In this document: positions 1 through 11,314 of the stretch, piece by piece
Position numbering within the stretch: position 1 is the stretch's first letter
How the letters are laid out: each line of letters starts with the position of its first letter
Program-made: the position numbers and the translations under genes
DNA from: Paecilomyces variotii
Taxonomy: Eukaryota
DNA length: 64,000 nt
Strand: one strand, 5' to 3'
Assembly (NCBI GenBank): GCA_004022145.1
Contig: RCNU01000020.1
The notes under the pieces: generated by a model
What the model saw: only the letters and a program-made list of their open reading frames with translations
Databases searched by the model: none
Told to the model about the DNA's origin: nothing

Positions 1-596
1 CGGAGCTGCTAGGATGCTTGATTCGGGAGACCGTCTAGGGAGCTGAAGACAGCTATCTAGCATACCTAGTGCCAAAAGTCTATTTTCGGTTATAAGTAAC
101 GAGAAGGTGATGATTCTGCCTAGATTGGTCTTCTCTTTCGGTAATTGCATACTGTAGGTACCCGAATCTAAACACTTTACTTTGCGATATGCGCCAGACA
201 AGACTGTATGCGTCTGCTGAAGGCTTTGAACACCGTCGGCAAATACTTGTAACGTCTGCTTATATTAGGCAAATTATAGTCATGCTCAACTGGTAGTCTA
301 ACAGCGTTATCCACATTTATCATTGCTCAGCCACATTGACCTTGATGGCTACAGATTCTCCAATGCGTAAATCTGCACAAGCTTATCTCGTACAGTTCAT
401 TTGAGTTGCATTGCGAGAGGCGGGGTCGCTATAACTTGTAGACGTGTAGACCAGCAATAGGGGCCCATTCTCTTTCTGTAGCTGCGCCGCAGAACTGGTG
501 AGATATATAAGAGTGCCTGTCCGGCCCAGCCTGCGGATTGGAATTTGGCCCCCAACACACCCCTCTTTCCTTATCCCTCCACCATTTTACATCTGG

Positions 597-2320
597 ATGG
601 CGGAACTAATCAAGTTTGCCGTCAAAGGCGTCGCTGGAGGTATTGGCCTCGCCTCAGAGAGCGCAAGTGCGTACAAAAGTCGAAGAAAAGCGAAGAAAGA
701 CGCAGAGAGAGATGGAGAAGCTTCCCCTCCTCGCTATGGGGGGCCCAACGAGAGAGCTTCCTCCGAGGACGATGAAGCAGAGCAATGGGAGTTAGACGAA
801 GCACAGGACGAAGTCGTAGGCGGATCGAACCCGCAGCGCCGACCAATTCAGGATACGGAAGTGCTACTCTACGAGTTCATTCGGCAATATCCCCAGCCGG
901 CGTACTCAGAACGATCGACCACATCGAGGTTGCCATATCCAGTGGTCCTGCCACAAAGGCGACCAAAGGATCGTTCTCGCGGCTTTGTTAGAGCCTATGC
1001 ACCCATTCTCGAGAATCGCGGCATTGATCAAACCATGTTCCTCGATTTCCTTGAAACGTTTAACGAGGCTAGTCAGGCTTCACAGTGGTTGAATGCCATT
1101 AACCTGGCTACTATTGGAACCATGTTTTTGCCGCATGGCATTTCTGCGGCTGTCTCAATTGCTATTCAAGTGACGACCAAGATCGCGATTGAAATGCAGA
1201 GCAGATCAAGGACGAACTCTTTCCTTGACAAGGTCAATGACGAGTTTTTCCGTCCGCGCGGTCTGTACTGTTTGCTCATGACCTGGAGTCCCGAATCGGA
1301 CGAGATTCATACTGCTGTGAACATCACAACGACCGTGTCTGAGTCCCTAAAGCCAAGTGGATCGGGCTACGCTCAGAGGATCAAACGTAATCTGCGTTCA
1401 TCTAGCGGAAAGTCGTACGGTAACTTGGATTTTCCAGAAGTAGCACCACTGATATATCCGGGACTAGACTATCTGGCCTCTCAGGAAAGTGAACCTGCCG
1501 TAGAGCAGAAGAAGAAGCTGAAAAAAGGCAAAGCTTTCGTTGAAGATTATATGGATAGACGAGCACAGGCAAAATTCGTACGTAGCAATGATTTCTGCTC
1601 CGTTGTTTCTTATGTGAGTGCTAACAAGACGTACAGGCGGGAAAGAATCCAGGCAACACATTGGCCCAAGGACCAAAGCCGACGTTTACTTCACGATACG
1701 CCGACCCCAACCATCCTGCCAATAGTGGCTCCATTGTCTCTCTTCTCACTGGAGGTTACATCAACCCGCCTTCTCTTGGCGGTGGAGGCGGAAGAGGACT
1801 CGGGGGCAGCGGACAAGGCGGAGGTCTTGGCGGCGGTGGTGGTAGGGTGTCCGGCGGCGGGCTTGGAGGAGGTGGCGGCAGAGGACTAGGAGGAGGCCTG
1901 GGTAATGGTGGTGGTTTTGGTAGTGGAAGAGGACTCGGAGGAGGCTTTGGTGGAGGTGGGGGTAGAGGGCTCGGTGGAGGTCTGGGGGGTGGTGGCGGTT
2001 TTGGCGGAGGAAGAGGACTTGGGGGCGGCCTCGGTGGTCTTACTTCACTTAGAGGACTCGGCGGAGGCCTGGGAGGAGGTTCTGGTGGTTTAGGCGGCCT
2101 GGGAGGGAGCGGCGGTCCTATAGGACTCGTGAAGAAGACGCTCAAGAAGGTATGCTCTGGCCGTTCGCTTCTTTTCGTCTGAGACGTGCTAACATGGTGA
2201 CACTAGAACGTCCTCTATCTCATGATCGTCAATATGCCTACGGATGAAGAAATGGAGGAGGCACGACGGTTAACAGCAGAGCTAGAAGCTGATCCTGAAG
2301 CTAAACAATACCGGTACTAG
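597..2320 (+). CDS. Conserved fungal hypothetical protein (~535 aa) with a C-terminal Gly-rich repeat; 3 exons (597-1577, 1637-2149, 2207-2320)
   Basis: ATG at 597 (MAELIKFAVKGVAGGIGLASE). Introns 1578-1636 (GTACGT..GCTAAC..CAG) and 2150-2206 (GTATGC..GCTAAC..TAG) join three ORF pieces in frame. Motifs PVVLPQRRP, RGFVRAYAP, SRYADPNHPANSG and NVLYLMIVNMP. TATA-like TATATAAG at ~504. Confidence 0.85.
1778..2120 (+). repeat. Coding Gly-rich tandem repeat (six RGLGG units)
   Basis: Translation ...GGGGGRGLGG...GGRGLGGGLG... with varied Gly codons. Confidence 0.9.
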
Positions 2321-2349
2321 ATGTTTCCTGCTCTCAGTTTTAGTCTCCG

Positions 2350-2760
2350 CAATATTTAGTATGAATAACTGTCGCATAATGCGAAATGCTAAGCTTATAT
2401 ATGTTTAAACAATTATATATTCTGCATTTTTAATACTTAATTTAAAATTAGCCTTAAGTTTAAATATATTATAGGAGTATATATAATTCCTATAGTATAA
2501 GTGCAGAACCTATATATAAATGCAGTAAATATAGCTAATATTAATTTACCAGGAATAATAAGCTTTTTATCTCTTATAACTTTCTCGAGACTATTACTAG
2601 CCTTATCTCCAGAGGTTCTCCCTAAGTAGTCCCCATTACCTTAGCGCAGTTGCAGCATTGTTCCACTAAATTAGTACCTTTCCCTATGTTAACAGATACA
2701 TAAATGAATTCTACTACTACTATTACAGTAACTATAAAATAGCTGTTAACACACCTCTCG
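2350..2760. other. AT/TpA-rich island, possibly a RIP-degraded repeat relic
   Basis: Abrupt drop in GC with many TA dinucleotides (TTAATACTTAATTTAAAATTAG, TATAGTATAA) between two convergent genes. Confidence 0.4.
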
Positions 2761-2830
2761 CAAAAAAGACGCAGCTATTCCCGGGTTTCTAAGTCCGCGG
2801 AAGATATTCAGCATTCAGCACTTCAGCACT

Positions 2831-4502
2831 TCAGCACTTGCGATCCTTGAACAGCGTCGCCGTATCCAAAACAGTACCATTGGCACTGGCTACGAACTCA
2901 TGGGTCATATGCGAGCAGTTGTGGAAAGTCAGTCTGCTCCAGCCATAGACAGAATCCGTTGCGTAGCGGGTATAGTTCTGAAGCGGATAGACCAAGGAGT
3001 CGAGACCATCATAATGACCCGCAGCACCGTTGGTGATATACCATGGCGCGCTGGGGTTGTCGAGTTCCTTGGGGTCGACGTTAAAGTTTGCGATAGGCGC
3101 GTTGCGCTCGTAGAAGTGGGTGTGACCGGAGAGGACAAGGTCAACAGTGTACTCCAGGAAGAGCGGTTCGAAAACTTCCCGGCACTCTTCGCAGATAGTG
3201 CTACTCTTGTTCGTGGCGCTGACGTACCAGGGACGGTGGCCAGCTAGAGTGGGAACATAGTTAGTACTCCTAGTAGCTCAAAACGGAAGAAGATCATGGA
3301 AGGCATACCAACTACGATCCAGGGCGTCTTCTTCCGGTCAACAGAAGCCAAGTCCTTTTTAAGCCAGTTCAGCTGGGCATTGCGGACGGCGAACGGACCG
3401 CTGTTCTCAGCCTCAGGACCACCGGGCTCATCAGGGGCAATAAATCCATGGCCGAGGTCGGTCTCAGTATCGAGAGTGACATAGTGCACCATGCCGTGAT
3501 CGAAGGAGTACCAGAAGTTTTCGAGACCGCCGGATTGGGCACTGGGCATGCGGAAATGGTTGCGGAAGCCCGTGAAGTTGGTCTGACCAGGCATGCAAAT
3601 GGACACGTCGTAGGTGATGTTGTGCGCCTTGTCCGTGGTACCACCGTTGTCACCTGTTGGATATCCACATCAGCTACTCAAGGTTAAAAGAAATAAAGTC
3701 GCGAACGAGATCCCATACAGTTAGCCTCATGGTTACCAGGTCCAACCATGTACGGCTTCCGAGCGGAGATCGCGGAAACTTCGTCATAGTATTGGTTAAG
3801 AAGCGACTCATAGACCTTGGCACCATCCTCGATTGTGGTGTTGGGGAGGAAACCCTGGATTTCCTCCTTCAGCCAATAGTCCGCGTAGGCAATATCACCG
3901 GCTATATGGAAACCGTATGAGCAGACTTTTCCCATCGATCACTCACTTTGGAAAGACTTACGATGCCACAGGAAGTCCGTGCCAGCGCCCTGAGCCTGCA
4001 AGGATTGAATTGTGTTGTTGTCATGGGGACCAAGAGGGTGGCCAGCTCCAGCGCCTACTGTTGTGGTCAAACCTCGAGGGCCCATGAGACCCATATCGAT
4101 GGCAACCGCGATCGAGTAGGGGCTTTTGTCGCCTGCGCGACGACTGGTCTTGAAGGTGTAGGGAACCGAGGAGTTGCTATTAATAGGTTGATAGTAGTAA
4201 AGCGTGTCGGGCTCCAAATCCGGGATAGAAACATGGTTGTTGTAGGTCGTAGATGTAGGGTAGGTAACAGAGATGTTGGAAGAAGCAACGCGGTTCAGGT
4301 GCTCGGGGTCACGACCGTAACGGACAGTTGGGTGCGACAATTGCGAGTAAGTATTCCAACTAACAACCATGCCGGTTGGTCCGGCATACGCCAGCCTGAG
4401 TTGCATCGGGATGGTGTCATTTTGGGCAGATGCCCTGGCCGAGTTGGCGAAGAGAGCGGATGCCGTCAACACAGCAGAAACGAGAGTCACGACACGATCC
4501 AT
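2831..4502 (-). CDS. Secreted purple acid phosphatase / calcineurin-like metallophosphoesterase (~493 aa); 4 exons (4502-3962, 3901-3719, 3653-3309, 3243-2831)
   Basis: Hydrophobic N-terminal signal peptide and an FN3-like region (MVVSWNT...LEPDTLYYY). Metal-binding motifs DMG, GDIAYAD, GNHE, GHRP and GHTH. All introns are GT-AG and restore the frame. Confidence 0.92.
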
Positions 4503-4603
4503 GGCGAAAAGCCTCAAGACAAGGGTCGTTCAACTACAAGTCCTTGTCGTTGATTGAATCAGGCTGGACACGGGTCGTTGTCCCGAAACTGGACAAGGTC
4601 CTC

Positions 4604-5030
4604 TTTTTATAGCCAATGTTGCGATTTGACCTTGGAAATTTATCCTGATGTTCCATGATCGAAGTTGTCGACTAAGAGTGGTTCAGAATGTCACTAGAAG
4701 CTGTTATCTCGCCTAGCGATTTAGATGAGCGTCCGCGGAGGTCACAACCCATCATGAGATGACCCAGGTAAATGCAATATAGGCGAACCGCAAGGCCGCC
4801 TGTGCGCATTCTGATAGCCGCTCTAGCACGTGGATGCAATTGAAGTGGTTATAGGATAACGTGAAAGCTGAGAGAAGCAAAGATTGGTCAAGCTTTGCCG
4901 GGAGAAGGCCTGAGCAAATATAGTGGGGATATCCAAGGCCCATCGGGCAAAGTGGGAGATTAGTTACCCGGCTTGCCGACTCGGATACATACTCCGTAAA
5001 TCCTCTTGTTGTTGCGGAGACCAAAACGTG
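4604..5030 (-). promoter_or_regulatory. Phosphatase promoter: TATAAAAA (4604-4611) and Pho4/NUC-1/PalcA-type E-boxes CACGTG (4827-4832) and CACGTT (5025-5030)
   Basis: Motifs read directly upstream of the acid phosphatase ATG; their function is inferred. Confidence 0.45.
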
Positions 5031-5100
5031 GCTAATTATTAATAATCGATCATGGAAATTGAAGGCAGTGATCAGCAACCCAAAATCTAAAGCAGCTTAT

Positions 5101-5286
5101 AAGGACAAAATGGGACTTGCACTTCTCGGAACCTCTAATGGGGGCGGGGCCGCCTATCTCCTTATGAATTACAAAAACCAACTAGGTGTTACGAAAAGGC
5201 TAATTAGTGTCACTGTATAGAAGACTGTTGGAGACAGTATCGGAGGAGTTGATGGCTGGTATTATATGATCTTCAGGTTCTCCTAA
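5101..5286 (+). pseudogene. Degraded C-terminal fragment of a fungal hypothetical protein family (ALLGTPNG-like motif)
   Basis: Frame from 5101 reads KDKMGLALLGTSNGGGAAYLLMNYKNQLGVTKRLISVTV*KTVGDSIGGVDGWYYMIFRFS*, with an internal TAG at 5218-5220 and no intact 5' part. Confidence 0.55.
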
Positions 5287-5522
5287 GTTGAAGCATCCCC
5301 AGGTCTTAATACAAAATAAATCTTATCCCTGCCACGATCCTCTATCTCCTTCTGATTCTACACTTCTATCAGGGCTGACCATCGATATTCGTCTTTAAAT
5401 GCACTTGTTGGAGGATTAGCCCCCTGTAGAATTTCTTGTCTATCTGGGGTTATAACCGTGCCTGTTCCTAGAGCCTTAATAGACTAAAGGTTTAAAATGT
5501 GTATATTATAGACCGAATAAAT

Positions 5523-6626
5523 CTAAACAAGCTCACACGCTAAGTATTCTGCGCTAAATGGGTAATCTACATAACCTTCAGCGGAACCGATAGTATAGAA
5601 AGTCCGGCGTTCGTACGCACTAAGTTCAAGGCCCTTCTTGATTCGATACACCAGATCAGGGTTTGAAATGAAGTTTCGCCCAAAAACGACAACAATGTCC
5701 TTGTTTGGATATTCTTCCTCAACCAGTTTGAGTGCATCTGCCGGCCTGTATCCACCAGCGACCAGCAAAGGCCCATCCCAGAGCCTGTATGCAAAATCTA
5801 GCCGCTCTTTGCATTCGTAATTCTCGCTCCCAGATACCCTTGACTCGACCAAGTGAAGATACGCCAGATTTAACCGGTTAGCTTTGTCAATGATATCGGC
5901 AAATTGTGGGATGGGGTTCTCCATCCTCATGCCCTGGAATACACTCCACGGGCTGAGGCGAATGCCAACACGCTTAGGGCCAATAGCACGGGCAACGGCC
6001 TTCAAGATCTCATGGAGAAAGCGAGACCTATTTTCCACGCTCCCACCATACTCGTCTTGGCGCTCGTTGCTCACATCTTGAAGAAACTGATCAGCAAGGT
6101 AGCCGTTCGCACCGTGGCACTCGACTCCATCAAAGCCTGCGCGAATAGCATTCTCCGAGGCAGTCACGAACTCTTCAATTGTTTTCTTGATCTCTGCAAT
6201 GGTCATAGGCTGTGGTATCGCGGCGCCTTCTTCAATTGGAATGGCGCTGGGTCCCATGATGTTCACACCCTCTTTTCTAGCCACTTCAACCTTTGCAGCA
6301 CGACCCATTGCAAATATTTGACAGAATATGAAACAGCCTTTCCGATGGACTTCATCAGTGATTGTTCTCCAGGCAGCAACTTGTTCTTCACTCCATATTC
6401 CGGGCGTGTTGGAGAATCCGCCGGCGGCTGAAGGTGATATCAAAGTGCCCTCAGCAATAATCAAAGTGCCAGGAGTAGAAGCCCGTTGGCTGTAGTACAT
6501 CTTCATCAGAGGTGTCGGCACACGCTCATCGGTTGCTCGCAGGCGAGTGAGCGGAGCCATCGCGATCCGATGCTTTATTTCCATGTTGCCTATTTTCAAC
6601 GGCTGGAAAAGGCGTGTTTCAGTCAT
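5523..6626 (-). CDS. Old Yellow Enzyme family NADH:flavin oxidoreductase (ene-reductase), 367 aa, single exon
   Basis: Motifs MAPLTRLRA, AGFDGVECHGANGYL (His/Asn/Tyr active site), RQDEYGGSVENRSRF, VGIRLSP and FGRNFISNPDLV. Confidence 0.95.
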   Translation of the reverse strand: MTETRLFQPLKIGNMEIKHRIAMAPLTRLRATDERVPTPLMKMYYSQRASTPGTLIIAEGTLISPSAAGGFSNTPGIWSEEQVAAWRTITDEVHRKGCFIFCQIFAMGRAAKVEVARKEGVNIMGPSAIPIEEGAAIPQPMTIAEIKKTIEEFVTASENAIRAGFDGVECHGANGYLADQFLQDVSNERQDEYGGSVENRSRFLHEILKAVARAIGPKRVGIRLSPWSVFQGMRMENPIPQFADIIDKANRLNLAYLHLVESRVSGSENYECKERLDFAYRLWDGPLLVAGGYRPADALKLVEEEYPNKDIVVVFGRNFISNPDLVYRIKKGLELSAYERRTFYTIGSAEGYVDYPFSAEYLACELV

Positions 6627-6773
6627 GATCGGAGAAGTCTGGAAGTAAAATAATGTAACTTTGTACTGTTTTTGGTTTTAATAACGAAGTGTGAAGTTCT
6701 GTCTGCTGGTAGTTTAGGAATGTAGAAAAAGATATGTTTAGGGACTGGGAGTTGTGGGTTTTATACTTCATCT

Positions 6774-6951
6774 CGTCAATCGATCACAAGCAACTCATCG
6801 CAGTAGAACGTGATCGGTAAAACAGCTTACAAATCCAGCGAGGTCGTCAATATATGACCGGATAAGCAAAGGAGGAATCTTCAAGAGATTGCATGCGTCA
6901 TTTATTGACGACTGCAGGTTCTTTTCGATGAAAAGCGTTGACCACGTCAAT
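6774..6951. promoter_or_regulatory. Cluster of four CGTCAAT motifs, including palindrome TTGAC-N3-GTCAA, in the OYE/regulator divergent promoter
   Basis: CGTCAAT at 6774, 6845, 6904 (reverse) and 6945. Inverted pair GTCGTCAATA (6843) / TATTGACGAC (6903). TTGACCACGTCAA at 6938-6950. Confidence 0.5.
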
Positions 6952-7282
6952 TTGAGGCAACTAGATAGTTCCAAGTAAGGAAATCAGATATTTCCGATTT
7001 AGGCAAGGAGATCTTTCCAGAAAAGGTTTAGAAATTTCTTACATATTTCACTATTTATTACGTGAAATGGAGAAAAGGTAAAAAAGTGATTCGTTGACAT
7101 TCTTATCGAGTATCTATGATTTCTAAGCAGGTCTGAAACAAACCTAACTAAAGTTTTAGTAATCCGCCAGGTACATCAATAGTTAACTACATAGCAGCTC
7201 CCAGAATATTGACTCTAACATTGATTATTGCGTTATAATCAATTCGACTTTCCCGGGTGCGCACTAGTAATACTCTTGCACA

Positions 7283-9062
7283 ATGGTGTTACAAAATCCA
7301 AGTTTTAGTAAAGCTGAAAGCGAAGATATTGCAGGTAGATAAACCAGGTCCGGAGTAAATTTATACCATGTTCTTACTGACCTTTCTTCAGCTGGACGTT
7401 TTCTATTTATCTCGAGTCAAGCTTCAGATGAGGCAAATGGTCAGATCACAAGACGTCTAGCGCGATCGCATGCTGTAAAGCAAGCACTTGAGAGAAAACG
7501 GAGATTACAGGAAAAATCGAAAGATAACTTTCGTATAACGACTACTAAAGACAAACCCAAGAGATTTGTCAGAACAAAAAGAGATACCGAAACTCCAGCT
7601 GTATCATTATTCTCCTTATCTGCAGGAGCGCTTGATCCATTCCAAACCCTTGCGGCGGATTCTTCAAGATTGCGGATATTACTTAGCAATGGTAACCTCT
7701 TGCTGGTTTTTTCAAACTTGCTTTGGACGAGCTTACAATTGACTTTTTTTAGATAAAGTTAAGCGAGCTCCTGAACCAGTTTTTAGTACCGCAGAGCAGC
7801 TTTCATTCCAGAGTTTTCACTCTGTTTTCCAAACTGGTTTGGTTGATCCAGCTCTTCTTAACGCCGTTATGCTCTCATTTGCATTCGAAATAGCTGGAGG
7901 CTACATGGACCGAGAGTGTCTTTTGTACCAAGGCCAGGCAATAGGTTATCTTCGTGAGAAAATGAATTCACCAGATGAGGCTGCTTCGGAGCCGACCATC
8001 GGAACCATTTTACTTTTGGCTGGAGTGGAGGTTCGTAGACATTGTTCTTTTGAATATTCCCTGGAGTTCTCGCGTATATTATGCTGATATGTCATCTCCA
8101 GGCTCGCCTTGGAATGAAGTCTCAGGCTCAACTACACCTGGGGGCGGTTCAGCGGTTACTGGAAATCTCTCAAACGAAACTTGTTGATCTCACGGGAGGA
8201 ATCAAACGGGCCATATTTTGGTAAGCAATGATGTTATATCGTTGTGACTTACTCTTACACTAGCCAATAGGCAAGACCTGAATTCGTCAGTCCTGATAGG
8301 ATCTAGACGCATAGTCGACCATGAAACTTTTGTCGAGCTTCACTGGACCAGAGATCTATTACCTTCGAACTTCTTCCGGCTGTCACCAGGGTTCAAGAAG
8401 CGGTGTCACATATTTACCAAAGAGTTCATTGAAGTACTTGAAGATATATATGCATTACAATGCATTCGTGAAACCGCCAGCGTCATAGTGTCTATGGCAC
8501 AGATTAATAATCAGACAGCATCTATTCAGTCTAGACTTAGGGGTTTATCAACTATCTCTCCGATCCTAGAGTGCTGTCACCTCGCTGCATATTTATGCAC
8601 GGTTATGCTATGCTGCACAGTTTGGTGTGCTTTAGTAATCCCTGTAAGTAAACCATTTTACTCTTGTTACCCATGGTCTTGTAAAGACAAGCATGTGCTA
8701 TTCAGATTCAATAATATGGCAGATTGACTTTTTAGTCTGATTTATACTTATGCTGACCATGAATTTTATAGCCCCATGTTTCCTCACAATTATTGCATAA
8801 ACTACAACAAACAAATAACGACATCATATGGGATAACCATCCCGAGTTGCTACTTTGGATTTTGTATATCGGTGGAGCATTTGCTCCAGCAGGGATTGTG
8901 CGGTCTAGTTATACTATATTACTGCGCTCAAATAACGCTACCAGGTTTCAGAACTTATACAGATCATGGCCCGAGTTGCTTGAGATATTGGAACAATTCA
9001 ACTGGTCGGAAAAATCCTTCCTTCCGCATGTCAAAATATTTTGGGAAGAGATTTTCACCTAG
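7283..9062 (+). CDS. Putative fungal-specific transcription-factor-domain protein lacking a Zn2Cys6 cluster (~470 aa); 6 exons (7283-7334, 7392-7691, 7753-8030, 8102-8220, 8271-8643, 8772-9062)
   Basis: Five GT-AG introns give a stop-free frame. N-terminal FLFI...RRLARSHAVKQALERKRR basic helix, then GALDPF, DPALLNAV, AIGYLRE, QLHLGAV, IFWQD and LLLWILYIGGAFA. Confidence 0.75.
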
Positions 9063-9679
9063 CATGGTATTCTAATACATGCATTGGATCGGGGGCAGGG
9101 CCATCGCTTTTACCAAAGAGCCGCAGGAGATAAACAACGTGGATAGTGAACAATGTCTGCAGCAAACCCAGTAGTTTAAGCAAGGACCCGTTTGAAACTC
9201 TCGTGTTTCAGCAAGCAATCAATATCCTCGACTGATACGGTAACTAGAGGATCTCTAAAGCCCCTGTCCGCGGAAAATGTGGTCCTGTACGCCTCCTCGT
9301 TTGAAATTGCAGATCTAGATTTCTCCCAATCCCTTCGCAATCGTGGCATGTTTCGATTTCTTAATGATGGCGGTAGTTTCCACTACCACTACTACTTTCC
9401 CAATTTGGCTATATCCATACCACTTTCCAGTATAGCCCTGAATAGTTTAACTTCCGAGTTTATTCCTAGTCTGGATAAGCAAATTGGGGAATAAACTGCT
9501 TGTGCAGGAACTACCGGTAATATTCGAAAAAAATAAATAAATATAAATAAAAATGGAAATAAAATAAAATTGAAAAGGAGGGAAAGAAAGAAAGAAAAGC
9601 CCTCTACAGTCGCCAATTCACAATAGGGGACACAGATTATTGGTGGTCCAATGCGAAAATGTGGTTATGGGCATAGACT

Positions 9680-10280
9680 CTAGGGAATGAACTGGAATGC
9701 AAGTCGGGATCTCCAACTGAAAGATTCACCAACAAAAGCTAAGCCGTAATCCAACCAGTTACAAACTGAAAGACCAACGACGCACATGACCAGGTGTACA
9801 AGTTTACCGCGCACTTCTACGGTAGACGTTTCGCTCTGCCAGACTGGAGCTGTTGCACAGTTTAGTCCATTTCCAAGGCCCATAACTGGTATTCGCCCGG
9901 CTATGATCATAGAGATGCTAGAAGACATACCCCCCAAAATCATGATACTGGTACCAAAGAGTAGTGTCTTCTTTCGACCGAGTAATCCACCAACGAAGAG
10001 AGTCAAAACCACATGGAAGAATGAGCCGACATCGAACAGCGCAGATATCGTTCCAATGAGACTGGGGTTGTTAACAAGACCAAGTGTAGTCAAGAAATTG
10101 TCAGAGATGACCACACCACCTATAAGCAATGGCTTAGCATTTCCTCTTATTTCCCGGTATAGAATAGAGCATCTTACTGAATACACCTTGGCCATATCCA
10201 AACAATGCCATATTTGTTGCACACGCAACCGTCAACCAGAAAGTAAGCCACCACCCTCTCAGGCCGATGTAAGGCTCCAT
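9680..10280 (-). pseudogene. Truncated MFS sugar-porter (STL1-like) pseudogene
   Basis: Exon 10280-10178 reads MEPYIGLRGWWL...LFGYGQGVFS. After intron 10177-10120 come LGRKKTL, GLGNGLNCATAPVWQSE, RGKLV and WRSRLAFQ, then a stop after ~180 aa. No C-terminal half was found. Confidence 0.8.
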
Positions 10281-11314
10281 GGTAACGGGCTATGATGATG
10301 AAATAGGTAAGCATAGGATGTGCCGGGAAGGACCACTGTGCAGAGTACAATTCCATTGACAAAAAAAAGGCCAAGTCGATTAGTTTCAATGCAAGAGACC
10401 CCCTACATCAAGGAAGCGGGTTATTCCACGCTATGTAGGACATCCTTCAACGGTGACATGTCGGACATGACACGAGCAAACGGAAATTCTCCGTGTCTCT
10501 TGACCCGTACAGCTTGTGTATCTGAATGGAGACCAAGAAAATCTTCCAGCGTTTTCTATTCGATACTTCAAACTGAGTGTCATTTTTTGACTCCTTGGAG
10601 TGTGTTCGATGTCGTTTTACTGCGGGACACAATCCCAAAGTAGACGAGACAGTAGGAAAGGCTATGCCAAGTTGAGAAGGTTCCCAGATGGGCAGGGGAT
10701 CACTCTATATTCTTGTTATTCGAATAAGATATCTAAGTTGACTACGCTCCCTTTTAGACGAAAAACATCGACTCATGTTGTGAACAATGCTTGGCACCAA
10801 GCAGTGTCGCCAGCAGCTTAGAACTGAGGTAATACCTAATGGCACATATCGGCTATCTAGGCACGTTGATAGTGTGACATGGGCCCTACAGCATTACGAA
10901 GATTACCGGATAGTTATAGAAAGACTTGAAATTATCAACCGACATCAGCGGAGCAATTTGTATTGTTGTCATATTACGTCTTTTTTTTCCCATCTGATAT
11001 CCCCGTTTCCCGGTCGGGAGATGCAGATGAAAAGGTCTAACCTGCGAATTAAAATGAAACCCCACGGCCCCATGTGACACCAAGAACTCCCAAACATACA
11101 TCAAATCATCAACGCCAGGTCCGAGTCACGAAAGAGCCGATTTCAGTTTGTGCACCTATCAACGACCGCGGTTTCTCATCGCGGACGTCGAGGGCTGGAA
11201 AAGTACAGAGAAGGGAGGAGGGAAATGCTCGCAATGCAGATGTCATCGTTTCACAATTCTGAAAATGGAAGGGAAAATGAAAGAAAAGCACGTTCCGGTC
11301 GTCAAGAGACGCAC

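Noticed and set aside
107..220. C/D snoRNA-like GTGATGA...CTGA
   Set aside because: No terminal stem or recognisable rRNA guide; such boxes occur by chance.
1756..2145. Pro-rich 129-aa minus-strand ORF
   Set aside because: Reverse complement of the Gly repeat.
2807..2840. (TTCAGCAC)-like tandem repeat at the phosphatase stop codon
   Set aside because: Simple slippage repeat with no evident consequence.
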